In this document: one piece after another, positions 47,510-58,254 of the stretch
How positions within the stretch are numbered: position 1 is the stretch's first letter
Layout: every line of letters begins with the position of its first letter
Virus record (IMG/VR): IMGVR_UViG_3300017780_006957
Location: 46,277-110,276 of that record
Reading direction: 5' to 3' (one strand)
Origin: a virus
DNA: 64,000 bases
Translations under genes and position numbers: made by a program
Notes under the pieces: generated by a model
Seen by the model: the letters and a program-made list of their open reading frames with translations, nothing else
Told to the model about the DNA's origin: nothing
Database searches by the model: none

Positions 47510-48710
47510 ACCCGAGTATAGCATCATTTATGTCTTTGGCAACCATTTTTTTAACTAGACCTTTAAAATCTGTTTTAGGACTCCAATTTAACTCTTCTCT
47601 GGCTTTTGTAGAATCTCCCCAAAGAAGTTCGACTTCTGCTGGTCTATAAAATTTGGGATTAATTTTCATTACAATTTCATTATTAACAATAAATTCTTCA
47701 TCTTCTGGGTGTCCAGTAGTATTTCTCCATGATCCACTCAAACCTGCATACCAAAAAGCTAGCTCTACAAACTCTCTAATTGTGTGCGTTTCATTTGAGG
47801 ACAATACATATTCTTTAATATTTTTAGAATAATTGTGAATTATCTCTTGCTCTTCCGTAAGATTTACTATAATAATTGGAAAATTTTTATTATGCTTTTC
47901 TTGATTAAGCATAAGCCAGATTCCTTCGACAAAATCTTCTGCGTCACTCCAATCTCTTTTGGCATCAAGATTTCCTAATTCAAGAGGGTTAAACTCATTA
48001 TTATTATCAATAGCATTTTTTATATGAGCAACCGCCTTTGTGATCTTACGAGTAACGAATTCTTCACCACGACGAGTTCCTTCGTGATTAAAAAGCCAAC
48101 CCTGTATAGCGTAAAGACCATAAGATTCTCTCCATACTTTAACTAACTGTCTAGAAGCGGCTTTGGAAGCTCCGTAGGGGCTTCTTGGTCTCAATGGATG
48201 ATGTTCATCTTGTGGAACGTAAGATACATCTCCAAACTCCTCTGAAGAACCAGCTTGATAAAATCTGCAAGTTGGATGGTATAGTCTAATAGCTTCAAGA
48301 ATATGAAGTGCTGAAGTTGAATTGGTTTCCCAAGTTTGATGAGCAAAATCCCAACTGCTTCCAACAAAACTTTGGGCAGCTAAATTAATAAAATAATCAG
48401 GTTTTATTTTTTCAACAACTCTTGAAATAGAATGGCTATCAGTAAGATCGAAATTAATTAAATGAAAACGTTTATTATCAATATGAGAAATATTTTTATG
48501 ATTATAAACACTAAGCCTACGAACACATCCAAAAATTTCATAATCTGTATTTGCCAAAAGATAATCAACCATATGACTGCCATCTTGACCTGTTACCCCA
48601 GTGACAATAATGGATTTCTTTCCTGAAGAAAGTTTTGCCGCATCTTCAATGTTTAAAATATCCATGTGATCTATTTTTTTTCCTATGTATTTTTCTTTAA
48701 GATTGTTCAT
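47502..48710 (-). CDS. gmd: GDP-mannose 4,6-dehydratase
   Basis: TGVTGQDGS, PRSPYGASK, FVTRKIT, LGNLDAKRDW, YRPAEV. Confidence 0.95.
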   Translation of the reverse strand: MNNLKEKYIGKKIDHMDILNIEDAAKLSSGKKSIIVTGVTGQDGSHMVDYLLANTDYEIFGCVRRLSVYNHKNISHIDNKRFHLINFDLTDSHSISRVVEKIKPDYFINLAAQSFVGSSWDFAHQTWETNSTSALHILEAIRLYHPTCRFYQAGSSEEFGDVSYVPQDEHHPLRPRSPYGASKAASRQLVKVWRESYGLYAIQGWLFNHEGTRRGEEFVTRKITKAVAHIKNAIDNNNEFNPLELGNLDAKRDWSDAEDFVEGIWLMLNQEKHNKNFPIIIVNLTEEQEIIHNYSKNIKEYVLSSNETHTIREFVELAFWYAGLSGSWRNTTGHPEDEEFIVNNEIVMKINPKFYRPAEVELLWGDSTKAREELNWSPKTDFKGLVKKMVAKDINDAILGCG

Positions 48711-49293
48711 TTTCTTTGTTTGGAACAAATATTAATTTTGGAAGCCCATCTCCAATTATTTTTTCAGATAATTTATAATTTACATCATTAAAAAAAGATA
48801 CATGCATATCTATCTCTTCTTCTAATGACATATCTAAAAATGGATAATGACATTCTACTTCAATATTATAAAATAATACTTTATTAAAGTCAATACCATT
48901 TAAAACGTTTTTTTCATAACCTTCAGTATCTAAATAAAAATTTTCAACAATCAATATATTATTTTCATCTAAAATAGATTGCAAGGTTCTCGCTGGAACA
49001 CTAATTGTATCTACATAGTTTTGGTTAGATGGTTTAACTATTGAATTCATAGCTGTATATTCTGAATGAATTCCAAGTTGAATTTCCGTAGATTCAAAAT
49101 CAAATGAAACTAAAGCTGCATTATAAATTTTACAAAATCCATCGTCTCTGTTTACAATACATTGTTTGTAAGTTTCAAAATGAGGCTCTATTAATAAGCC
49201 GAAATATTCATTATTATTTTTAAATTGTATTGATCTTGATTGAAAAACACCGTCATGTGCGCCAGCTTCTATATAGATTTTTTTGTTGTTCAT
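48697..49293 (-). CDS. FkbM-family methyltransferase
   Basis: IEAGAHDG, LIEP, DTEGYE..VL.G. Confidence 0.85.
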   Translation of the reverse strand: MNNKKIYIEAGAHDGVFQSRSIQFKNNNEYFGLLIEPHFETYKQCIVNRDDGFCKIYNAALVSFDFESTEIQLGIHSEYTAMNSIVKPSNQNYVDTISVPARTLQSILDENNILIVENFYLDTEGYEKNVLNGIDFNKVLFYNIEVECHYPFLDMSLEEEIDMHVSFFNDVNYKLSEKIIGDGLPKLIFVPNKENEQS

Positions 49294-49295
49294 AT

Positions 49296-50111
49296 TTAAA
49301 TTTGATTATATATATTTAGTATTCCTTCAGTTAATGAAGTTTTAGGTTTCCAGAAATTTAAAATGTATGAATCTGGAGGGTTCATAGCATTCATTTGAGT
49401 CTGATCTTTCTTGTCTCCAGAAATTATTTTACAATCAGTAATTTTAGAAATGATTGAAGCTATTTCTTTTATACTAATCCATTCAAAACTTGTTATATGG
49501 TAATTTTGATTTTTATCTAATTGATGGTATTGATTTGTTAAATTCAATAAACATTCGGCGCAATCTTCTGCAAACAAAAATTGTCTATATTCTTCACCAT
49601 CTGTTCTCATTTTAATAACATTTTCAAATTTTGCCATCTTAATAAAATCTGTTATTACATGAGCTTTTTCTTCATTCTTTTCATGTCCATAAACATTCCA
49701 TAGCCTTACGACTAACCCACCAATATCTTGGCACATTTTTTCGCCAATCATTTTTAATAGACCATATGTAGAATGAGATAATTCTGCCATTTGAGATGAT
49801 GTAAAAATGAATGGTTTATTTGAATCTTTTAAACAAGAAAAAGTCAATGACATTATATCAATATTATTTTTAATGAAGTTAAAATTATTTTGATTTTTTT
49901 CTAAATATTTAGCTCCACCGACATCTGATGCAAAATAATACACAAAATCACATTTATTCAAAACGTTTACTAATCCATTTTTATTAATTCTTAAATCATG
50001 ACTTGGATCTTTTTCAATATCCCATTCTATAATATCAATTTTTTTTTGTTTTAAAAAATTGCATACTGATTTACCTATTTGACCTTCCGATCCTAATACT
50101 AAAATTTTCAT
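49296..50111 (-). CDS. NAD-dependent epimerase/dehydratase
   Basis: VLGSEGQIG, YGLLK, NVYG, RQFLFAED. Confidence 0.88.
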   Translation of the reverse strand: MKILVLGSEGQIGKSVCNFLKQKKIDIIEWDIEKDPSHDLRINKNGLVNVLNKCDFVYYFASDVGGAKYLEKNQNNFNFIKNNIDIMSLTFSCLKDSNKPFIFTSSQMAELSHSTYGLLKMIGEKMCQDIGGLVVRLWNVYGHEKNEEKAHVITDFIKMAKFENVIKMRTDGEEYRQFLFAEDCAECLLNLTNQYHQLDKNQNYHITSFEWISIKEIASIISKITDCKIISGDKKDQTQMNAMNPPDSYILNFWKPKTSLTEGILNIYNQI

Positions 50112-50114
50112 TAA

Positions 50115-50708
50115 TTATTCTGTTTTCCTATTAGAATATTTTTTTCTCAAAATAGTCAACCCATGACTCCAAGGTAAAGTTGAAAATTCCCAAAATTGAG
50201 GATTTAATTCTGCAATAGCTCTATATGGACCACCATTAGCCCATTGTCCATCTTTTAAAGTAATATCTGAATGATAGTAAGGGCATGTATTTCCATACAT
50301 GGCATCATGAAGAATGATAATAGTTGATGGGGTCACTATTCTATCCAAAATATCTAATTCTTTTTTTACATGATCATAGCTATGCCAATCATCTACATAA
50401 ACAAAATCTGGAGATGGGTTTTTATTTTTTTCCCAATTTTCTAAAAATTCTACAGCATCATTTTCATAGTATTCCCAATTATCATCTTTTGATAACTTAA
50501 ATGGATTTTTATCAATATCTACAGAATGTAATTTTCCATGATTTAGTTGTGCTGCCATTTTTAATGGACCAGTAGTATTACCAGATCTCACTCCTAACTC
50601 TATAAAATTTTTACCTTTTGTAGCTAGTGCTATGCTGAATAGAACCATTAAGTGTCGGTCAGAATCGTTTGATCCAGTTAGTGCTGTTTTGATATATTCG
50701 TTTATCAT
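50115..50708 (-). CDS. class I SAM methyltransferase (Methyltransf_24-like)
   Basis: IELGVRSG, SVD, D..HSY, ILHD. Confidence 0.85.
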   Translation of the reverse strand: MINEYIKTALTGSNDSDRHLMVLFSIALATKGKNFIELGVRSGNTTGPLKMAAQLNHGKLHSVDIDKNPFKLSKDDNWEYYENDAVEFLENWEKNKNPSPDFVYVDDWHSYDHVKKELDILDRIVTPSTIIILHDAMYGNTCPYYHSDITLKDGQWANGGPYRAIAELNPQFWEFSTLPWSHGLTILRKKYSNRKTE

Positions 50709-51466
50709 ATTTCGTTTATTTTATATTTTGAAGTTCTGTTTGGGTAAAAAAATCTATACTGATGTACTAATGGGTGATAAGTATTAGGCCAATTGTAATT
50801 TCTTTCACATTCTATAATATCTGGATTAAATTCTTCAGATTTACCGATTAATGAAAATAAAATTGGCATTAATATATCATGAGAAAAAATTGCATAAAAA
50901 GATTTGCAAAGATCATCTATTATTTTACTATCTGATAATAAAATATCTTTTGCTCTTAAAAAATCATCAGTATTAAATATAGCTGGGACAGCCCCAAAAA
51001 AATGAATTGGAATTCCTCCATTTTTTATTAAAATTTGATTTGTTGAATCTGGGAAATATCTATTTACTTGAGATCCTAATAATCCTGAGTTTTCTGGAAT
51101 ATTTAATTCTCCTCTAATAAAAGTATCTGGGCAGTGAAGTAAAATATATTCGGAGTCAAGATGTTTTATTGAATCAATTAATCTATTAATTAAAGTTAAT
51201 GATGCATTTTTTATAGATTCTTGTTGTTTTTCTGATTGATAATTATTTTCAGATAGACCAAGTACTGTACCCATGCTATCTTCACCTTTATTAATAATAA
51301 TATTAGATATTTTATCGTTTAAAAAAGAAAAATCTTCATTACTTTCACATGTTAAATATATAGGTATATCTGGATATATTGATTTTAAAGATAATAAAGC
51401 TTGTTCAATAGCTTTTGTTTCATCGTAACAGGTTACAAAAATTCCTAGTTTATTTTTATATGTCAT
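50705..51466 (-). CDS. putative GT-A glycosyltransferase
   Basis: GT2-like N-terminus; glycosylation cluster context. Confidence 0.55.
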   Translation of the reverse strand: MTYKNKLGIFVTCYDETKAIEQALLSLKSIYPDIPIYLTCESNEDFSFLNDKISNIIINKGEDSMGTVLGLSENNYQSEKQQESIKNASLTLINRLIDSIKHLDSEYILLHCPDTFIRGELNIPENSGLLGSQVNRYFPDSTNQILIKNGGIPIHFFGAVPAIFNTDDFLRAKDILLSDSKIIDDLCKSFYAIFSHDILMPILFSLIGKSEEFNPDIIECERNYNWPNTYHPLVHQYRFFYPNRTSKYKINEI

Positions 51467-51471
51467 ATTTA

Positions 51472-52221
51472 TTATTTATTTAAATATTCCATGCTCCAAG
51501 GTTGGCCACCAGCAAAGTGTCTAATTATTGTATTGTTTTTAAAACTTTTTACAATATTATATTTTTGCAAAGATCTACTTATTTCATCATTTTGTTCTTC
51601 ATCTAAAAGAGTAGTATTCCATTCTGGTCCTTTGATATCTACATGTTTATGAAGTGTTTCTACATCGTAATATGTATATGGAGTAACATATGAATGCCAT
51701 CCATAATTTTCTATTTCAAAAAAAGATTTATCACTATGAGCTTGTATTCCACATAAGGTATACCATGCTGCTTGTTCTCTAAAATTTTGCCAATGATCAA
51801 AATATTTACATGACTCATAAAAAGAGTTATCCAGTATTCTATTAATTAAATCAATACTCCATTCATTTATTTTAATACTAAAATTACCCATACAATGAGT
51901 GTTACCATTGTCTATAGAATAAGAAAAACTTTTACTTGTTAAATATGGATAATCATCTTTAACTATTGCCATATCAGCATCAAAATGAGTTATAATATCT
52001 CCAATTTTGAAGGTTCCATTATTAATAAAATCTTTAATAATAGAAAATTTCCACCATGTTGGATTGCCTCTTATAACTTCTAGAGCATAATCATTTTTAA
52101 TTTCAATATAATTGAAGCCATGCTTTAACGCATACTTTTTATTTTTAGGAGAAATAAAATCTTCAAAAAGATTTTGCTTATCACATTTATATCTAGCAAT
52201 TACTAATAAGTGTTTGTTCAT
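51472..52221 (-). CDS. glycosyltransferase (GT34-like)
   Basis: K.YA..HG, W.K, DAD, EQ, HFAGG. Confidence 0.7.
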   Translation of the reverse strand: MNKHLLVIARYKCDKQNLFEDFISPKNKKYALKHGFNYIEIKNDYALEVIRGNPTWWKFSIIKDFINNGTFKIGDIITHFDADMAIVKDDYPYLTSKSFSYSIDNGNTHCMGNFSIKINEWSIDLINRILDNSFYESCKYFDHWQNFREQAAWYTLCGIQAHSDKSFFEIENYGWHSYVTPYTYYDVETLHKHVDIKGPEWNTTLLDEEQNDEISRSLQKYNIVKSFKNNTIIRHFAGGQPWSMEYLNK

Positions 52222-52981
52222 TTAATATTTTTAAAGTAGTTAAAAAAGATCCTTCTATAGAGCAGTTTTTATTATACCAATCTATGCATTGTTTAGACAT
52301 TTTTTCCCATTGCTCTTTTGAGCAGGAGTTTATTTTTTCTTTAGCTTCTCTTGGATTTTTTGCATAAAAATAATGTTCATTTTCAATTAATGGATCATAA
52401 TAATCATTAAAAGTATTCCATGTAAAAATAGGAACAACTCCAAGTGCCATATATTCTATGTCTCTCTGGCATTTATTTCCAAATCCCTCTAATGAGAGTC
52501 CAAATTTACATGATGATAAAATATTTAAATATTCTTCATTTGCATATTTATGAGGATTTGAAGAAAAATTAAAATTGAAATCATATTTATCAACTGATAA
52601 ATTCCAATCATATTTTGTTCTGTTTACATATTGAATATAATTTTCGGCACATCCAATAAATATGGAATTTATATGTCTTGATTCATAAGATTTAATATGA
52701 TTAGTCTGTATAAATAAATTTAATTTTTTAGGAAATCTGGGCCAATAAATCCAAGATTTAGTATTATTTTGTTTAACTACTTCATTAGCAAATAATCCAA
52801 AATCAAAACAAGGTAAATCAGATGCCCTGTCATGCTCATGTAGCAATATTTTTTTCTGATTATCTATCCATGAATAGCGATCTATAGATTTTTCTACTTC
52901 GCAATATCCAATTTCTTGCCAACAATCAATCAATTCTTGAAAGCTATCTGACCATTCAACATTTGCTTTAAATATTTTCAT
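52193..52981 (-). CDS. exostosin-like glycosyltransferase
   Basis: Y...L...KFGL...G.G....R..E.MALG.VPI. Confidence 0.7.
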   Translation of the reverse strand: MKIFKANVEWSDSFQELIDCWQEIGYCEVEKSIDRYSWIDNQKKILLHEHDRASDLPCFDFGLFANEVVKQNNTKSWIYWPRFPKKLNLFIQTNHIKSYESRHINSIFIGCAENYIQYVNRTKYDWNLSVDKYDFNFNFSSNPHKYANEEYLNILSSCKFGLSLEGFGNKCQRDIEYMALGVVPIFTWNTFNDYYDPLIENEHYFYAKNPREAKEKINSCSKEQWEKMSKQCIDWYNKNCSIEGSFLTTLKILNEQTLISNC

Positions 52982-53792
52982 TGCTTAATCTTTCTATTTC
53001 ATAAAGAGTTATTAAATCTTCTTGATTAGATCTTTGATGTAAAATACTAATAAGTAAATTTTTAAATTGATTTTTGTCAAAACTATGCTTATCGTCTTTA
53101 AAAAAATGAAAATGGAAGTTAATTAGTTTTTTTCCATATAATGTAATATTATTATTTTCTAATTTTAAATATGAGAAATTGCCTTCAAATTTTTCATTCA
53201 TAAATTTCCACCAACCAACATTATAATTAATTGGCAAATTTGTAGTTATGAATTTTTTACAAGCCAACTCTAAAGCTTTTTGTTCAAAATATATATTAAG
53301 TTTTTCATGCTGATCGTACAATCTTTTCCATTCAATTAAGAAATCAATATTTTTGATAACTACAAAACCACAATTAAAAAATCCAACTTCATTTTCATTA
53401 GCGAAATTATTTGAATAATGTGGAGTTAATAATGCGTCATTATTATCTTGATATATAAACTCATCAATACTATTAATAAACATGTGATCAGTATCGCACC
53501 ATAAAAGCATATCATTAGATGATTGTAAAATTTTTAAAGTATGTTCAAATTTAATTTTGATTATATTTTTAAAATTTTTTAATGATTGCTTGTCATTTTC
53601 TATGTGACTGCCATCTTCTAATTCGTCATATTTAGAGCATTTTAAGTTATTAAAATTATCATTTAAATAATCAAAACAATAACTATCACACGCTAAATCA
53701 TACATATGGTTAGTATGGTATAGATCAAAAGTCTTTTTCATTAAAAGAAAATCTTTTAAGCAGCTTTTTGTTATGATAGTAGATATTGTCAT
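52968..53792 (-). CDS. GT-A glycosyltransferase
   Basis: DTD, LTPH, G.FNCGF, EQ, YNVGWW, FHFH. Confidence 0.75.
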   Translation of the reverse strand: MTISTIITKSCLKDFLLMKKTFDLYHTNHMYDLACDSYCFDYLNDNFNNLKCSKYDELEDGSHIENDKQSLKNFKNIIKIKFEHTLKILQSSNDMLLWCDTDHMFINSIDEFIYQDNNDALLTPHYSNNFANENEVGFFNCGFVVIKNIDFLIEWKRLYDQHEKLNIYFEQKALELACKKFITTNLPINYNVGWWKFMNEKFEGNFSYLKLENNNITLYGKKLINFHFHFFKDDKHSFDKNQFKNLLISILHQRSNQEDLITLYEIERLSNENI

Positions 53793-54493
53793 TGATATTT
53801 AGCTATAATTAAGAGTACCTCATCTATAGCTTTTTGTAAAGTTTTTTCATTACTAGATATTCCATGAGGATTTCTATAATATAGCCCAGATGTAATGTCC
53901 ATTTTACTTAATTTACCACCACCTTTTAATACTCTAAACCACATATCATAATCTGCTCCAGAAAAATAAGATAAATCAAATAATCCAAATCTATCATGAA
54001 TAGATTTTCTCCATACAGGAAGACAATGAGGAGAGTTATGAATCAATTGATTTTCAAGAGTGCCATCTAAAGCTTGATAAATTTCTTTTGATTGACAAAA
54101 TTCAAAAGATTCATTTTCTTTATAACTTATTATAGTTTGACCATAACAAACATCAGAATCTAAATTTGATTCTAAAAATTCAACTTGTTTCTTTAAGGAA
54201 TTATAAGATCTCCTGTCATCAGTGTTCCAATTCGTTAATAAATCAGAAGTTGATAATTCTACGCCCTTGTTCCAAGCCTCATATACAGGGCAATTACCAA
54301 TATTAATATATTTAATATTGGGCAAAGATAAATAAGGCTCTATTGATAAATACTCTTGATCTGGAGATCCAGCATCTAATAATAAAAATTCACATTCGTG
54401 AAAGATAGATTGTCTTCTAATGTCTTGTAGGAAATGATCAATGAATTTCCCAGCTTTAAATATTGAAACTAATACTGAAACTCTATACTTCAT
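53789..54493 (-). CDS. GT2 glycosyltransferase
   Basis: VSVLVS, DAGS.D, AWNKG, NTDD, DYDMW. Confidence 0.88.
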   Translation of the reverse strand: MKYRVSVLVSIFKAGKFIDHFLQDIRRQSIFHECEFLLLDAGSPDQEYLSIEPYLSLPNIKYINIGNCPVYEAWNKGVELSTSDLLTNWNTDDRRSYNSLKKQVEFLESNLDSDVCYGQTIISYKENESFEFCQSKEIYQALDGTLENQLIHNSPHCLPVWRKSIHDRFGLFDLSYFSGADYDMWFRVLKGGGKLSKMDITSGLYYRNPHGISSNEKTLQKAIDEVLLIIAKYQ

Positions 54494-54513
54494 GCTAATG
54501 CATGATTATATGA

Positions 54514-55491
54514 TCACAAGTCTTCTTCTTCAATAAATACTTTGACTTCTTGTAGATCTGGATTTTCAGCAAAAAGATCTTCTTGAGAAACAAATGTGGA
54601 TTCATCCCAGTCCCAATCTAAACCATCATCATCACTCAACAAGAACTCTTCAGCGGAAGCCAAAGAGGAAACAGGCTTAGAACTCCAGAACCTACAAGAC
54701 CAATAACGAGCTTTATACTTTGGGCCGACATTGGTATCGCACTGATGTCTAGCTCTAAAATTTTTGCGTCTTGCTGGATCATCACGTTTGATTTCCATAT
54801 TAGGATCACCAAACTTAACAACTACAGTATTGCCTTTGTCGTTTTTGACATAAACGCCAAACTTTTTATTAGATCCAGAAGGTAATCTAAATGGTTTGTT
54901 AAGGGTCTTTTTTTCAGCATCAGAAAATTCTAAATCTTCAGCCTCTTGATCTTGATCCCAAACCTCTATTCCTGCATAAATTAAATCTAATTTAGCCAAA
55001 TCAAATTCAATATCTTGAAAATCCCAAAATGCTTCTCCTTCTCTTTCTAAATAATAAAGATCATGGCCTTCCGCAACATCTTGGTCTGCTTTTCTATAAG
55101 AATCTTTAACAGATCCCCCACGAAGCATCTTTAGAAACATATTAACTCTGGCCATTGCCCATCCGCCTCTTGTCATTCCAACTCTATGACTAGATGAGAA
55201 TGCTCCAGCGCCGCGACGATAAATCTTTTTTAATTGCCCAAGAGTTGTCTTTTTTTCGTATTTTGCATTATGCTCTTTTACTTTGCTCTTCAAAGCAGAA
55301 GTGATTTGTTCTGAAAAAGTAATAGAAGAAGATTTTCCAGATGATGCTGAATCTTTTTTATTTTTTGACGATCCGCTCTTTCTCTCCTCTGGTTTGGCTG
55401 GAGTCTGAGCGTCACTTTTTGGCCCAGAACGTGCAGCAGCAGAAGAATTAGAAAAAAACTCTTTTATTTTATCAGAAAAATCGAATTCCAT
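54514..55491 (-). CDS. two-domain hypothetical protein
   Basis: YRRGAGAF..SHR.G....WAMARVN and KFGDPNM.IKRD.P.RRK.FRARH.C...ARYWSC motifs; GTGTAA upstream. Confidence 0.7.
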   Translation of the reverse strand: MEFDFSDKIKEFFSNSSAAARSGPKSDAQTPAKPEERKSGSSKNKKDSASSGKSSSITFSEQITSALKSKVKEHNAKYEKKTTLGQLKKIYRRGAGAFSSSHRVGMTRGGWAMARVNMFLKMLRGGSVKDSYRKADQDVAEGHDLYYLEREGEAFWDFQDIEFDLAKLDLIYAGIEVWDQDQEAEDLEFSDAEKKTLNKPFRLPSGSNKKFGVYVKNDKGNTVVVKFGDPNMEIKRDDPARRKNFRARHQCDTNVGPKYKARYWSCRFWSSKPVSSLASAEEFLLSDDDGLDWDWDESTFVSQEDLFAENPDLQEVKVFIEEEDL

Positions 55492-55520
55492 TATATTATG
55501 GTTACACATTTTTTAATAAA

Positions 55521-57170
55521 TCATCCCTCACAAGTCGAACAATTTAAAATTGATCTAGCAAGTTGTTGGCTTGGGTTACTTGATCTTTGATAGTATAAGC
55601 TTTTGATTCCTTGTTCCCAAGCAAAAATCATTAATTCATTAATATCTTTTGGTTTAGTAGAGGCTGGGACCATAATATTAAGGCTTTGTCCTTGATCAAT
55701 ATAGTGCTGCCTTTGCGCTGCCTGAATGATGATTTCTTTTTGAGAAATTTCTCCAAAAGTTTTAAATACATCTTTTTCTTCTTGAGTAAAAAATGAAAGA
55801 TGCTGAACAGATCCTCCGTGAGAAAGTATATCTTTCCAAATTTCTGGAGTATTCATGCTTTTCTCTTTGAGAAGATTCAAAAGATATGGATTTCTATATG
55901 TAAATTTTCCTTTGGCGAGGTCTTTCGTAAAATAATTACTATTCAATGGTTCGATTGACGGAGAAATTTGACCAAGAATAAATGAACTTGAAGTAGTTGG
56001 GGCTACAGCAATAGTTGTGGAGTTTCTTCGGCTATAACCTTTTAAAAGTTCTGGCTCTCCAAAAATTTCAGCCAGTTCTTGAGTTGCTTTATCGCATTTT
56101 TCACGAATAGTTTTCCAAATTTCAATATTTAAAAATTTTGCATCTAGTGATTCAAATGAGATTAGCTTCGCTTGCAACAGAGAATGCCATCCAAGGACTC
56201 CGACCCCTAATGCTCTCTGCGTCATAGCAAACTTTCTCGGAGCCTCCATAAACGCTACTCCTTCTGTTTTATCAATGAATTCAGACATGACTGCATCTAA
56301 AAAGTAGACAAGAGTTTCAATAGCGTCGGTTCCGATCATAGCGTCCCATCGCTCAAGATTAAGCGACGAAAGATTACAAACAAATGATTCATCTTCTTGG
56401 TTAGATAGAAAGATTTCTGAGCAAAGATTAGAATTATTAATTTTTAATCCTTTATCTTTATAGACTTGCGGGGCTTGGTCATTAGCGTTGTCAGAAAAGA
56501 AAATATATGGATAGCCAGTTTCAAATCTCTTTTTAATTACTAGCCCCCAAATCTTTCTAAGATCTTTATCTCCATCAATCATTTTATGCATCCATTCGTT
56601 AGAAACACAAACACCAATAGACATTTCTTGGATCTCATGACCATCTCCACGAATCTTCAAGAATTCTTCAATATCTGGATGATCAATAGGAAGATATGCT
56701 GCAAAAGATCCGCGACGAACATTGCCTTGAGAAACGACATTCATGAGCTTATCATAAAGCTCCATAAAATGGACAGAACCTGTAGACTCTCCACCAGAAT
56801 TAATAGGAGTTCCTCTTCCGCGAAGCTCTCCAAAATAAGCTGAAGTTCCTCCACCCATTTTAGTCATAATGCCAACTTCAGAAAGCTTTCCAAGAATACC
56901 TGACATTGTATCTGGAATATAAGATCCAAAACAAGAAATAGGAAGACCTCTTTTACGGCCAAAGTTAGACCAGATTGGGCTTGACAATGAATAAAAACCC
57001 TTTGCCATATATCCTTCAAACTTTTTAGCAAAACCATCAATACCTAAATATTTTTCAGCAGTATTTGCAATGTCTAAAATTCTTTGTTCTGGTTCTTCTC
57101 CTTCAATAAGATACCCTCTTTCCAGAAACTTTCTGGAATCTTTGTTTAACCAATAATATTCAGTAGTCAT
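55521..57170 (-). CDS. nrdA: class I ribonucleotide reductase alpha, no ATP cone
   Basis: ISCF, RRGS, SNLCSE, VCNL, APTTSSS, DQGQS, KSLYY, CSTCEG. Confidence 0.95.
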   Translation of the reverse strand: MTTEYYWLNKDSRKFLERGYLIEGEEPEQRILDIANTAEKYLGIDGFAKKFEGYMAKGFYSLSSPIWSNFGRKRGLPISCFGSYIPDTMSGILGKLSEVGIMTKMGGGTSAYFGELRGRGTPINSGGESTGSVHFMELYDKLMNVVSQGNVRRGSFAAYLPIDHPDIEEFLKIRGDGHEIQEMSIGVCVSNEWMHKMIDGDKDLRKIWGLVIKKRFETGYPYIFFSDNANDQAPQVYKDKGLKINNSNLCSEIFLSNQEDESFVCNLSSLNLERWDAMIGTDAIETLVYFLDAVMSEFIDKTEGVAFMEAPRKFAMTQRALGVGVLGWHSLLQAKLISFESLDAKFLNIEIWKTIREKCDKATQELAEIFGEPELLKGYSRRNSTTIAVAPTTSSSFILGQISPSIEPLNSNYFTKDLAKGKFTYRNPYLLNLLKEKSMNTPEIWKDILSHGGSVQHLSFFTQEEKDVFKTFGEISQKEIIIQAAQRQHYIDQGQSLNIMVPASTKPKDINELMIFAWEQGIKSLYYQRSSNPSQQLARSILNCSTCEG

Positions 57171-57172
57171 AA

Positions 57173-58144
57173 TTAAAAGAGTTCAGATTCATCAAAACAT
57201 TGATTTTTCTTAGAGTATTCCACGGGCCTAGAACTGAAAAAATCGGTCATATTATTTCCAAGTAATTCTTCTGTAAACCACATAGTAGATGATAGCAGAT
57301 CTTCGTTTATTTTAAAGACTTTTTTGAATCCAATTTGAATTAAAGATTCATTGATTCTATTTTTAATAAATTCTTTTAATATTGGAGCAGAAAGCGACTT
57401 CTCTTCAATTCCATTAATCATCCAATCAACAATTTTGCTTTCTGATTCAAAAGCTTGTTCTGCTTCATGAGCGATTCTATTTTCTAATTCTTCATCAAAC
57501 AATTCTGGATATTCTTCGCGAATAGTGTTGATGATTTTGATACCAACAAGAGCATGAATGTTCTCTTCGTTACGAGTATATTTGACTTGTTGATCAGTAT
57601 CTTTCATCACGTTTTTAAAACGTGCGAAATGATTGATAATATAAAATTGAGAAAACAAAGAAACATTTTCAACGAAAAGTGTGAAAAGAATTAAAGCGTA
57701 TAAATATTGTTTCTTGGAATCTTTATAAAATTTATGAGTATATTTACGAAGATATTTCACTCTTCCTTGAATCCATTCAAGTTTCAAATTTTCTTCAAAT
57801 ACGTCTTCGATATCCAATACATTCAAAAGTCTTTCATAAGCATTATTGTGGATAACTTCCACATTCGCCATAACATAACCAAGATCTTGTAAGGATGGAT
57901 GAGGAAGATTATCTCCAAGTTTCGCCCAAAATGATTTTACTGCAACCTCAATTTGACCAATAGCAGAAAGAGTTCTAACGATTATTTCTCTTTCTTGATC
58001 TGTTAAATTTACTTTGAATTGCTGAACATCGCTTTTAAAATTGAACTCTTTGTCGGTCCAAAAGCCATCATGCATTGCTTGTATAAATTGGTCTGTCCAC
58101 TGGTATTTGTTCGGCTTGCGAGATATTTGTTCTTCAAAGATCAT
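57173..58144 (-). CDS. nrdB: ribonucleotide reductase beta
   Basis: FW...F, EVIH..AY, ENVSLFSQF, EENIH, DFF. Confidence 0.95.
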   Translation of the reverse strand: MIFEEQISRKPNKYQWTDQFIQAMHDGFWTDKEFNFKSDVQQFKVNLTDQEREIIVRTLSAIGQIEVAVKSFWAKLGDNLPHPSLQDLGYVMANVEVIHNNAYERLLNVLDIEDVFEENLKLEWIQGRVKYLRKYTHKFYKDSKKQYLYALILFTLFVENVSLFSQFYIINHFARFKNVMKDTDQQVKYTRNEENIHALVGIKIINTIREEYPELFDEELENRIAHEAEQAFESESKIVDWMINGIEEKSLSAPILKEFIKNRINESLIQIGFKKVFKINEDLLSSTMWFTEELLGNNMTDFFSSRPVEYSKKNQCFDESELF

Positions 58145-58158
58145 AGTAATATGATTAC

Positions 58159-58187
58159 ACTATAAGGCAAAATCGAGAGTCTCGCAA
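58159..58187 (-). promoter_or_regulatory. sigma70 promoter of nrdBA, overlapping GTGTAA motif
   Basis: TTGCGA-17-TATAGT; GTGTAA at 58155-58160. Confidence 0.6.
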
Positions 58188-58211
58188 GTAAAAAAATAAA
58201 AGTTTTTTGTC

Positions 58212-58240
58212 TTGACACTAAAAATATTTCTGTGTATAAT
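58212..58240 (+). promoter_or_regulatory. consensus sigma70 promoter
   Basis: TTGACA-17-TATAAT. Confidence 0.85.
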
Positions 58241-58254
58241 TGAAGAATCTTACA

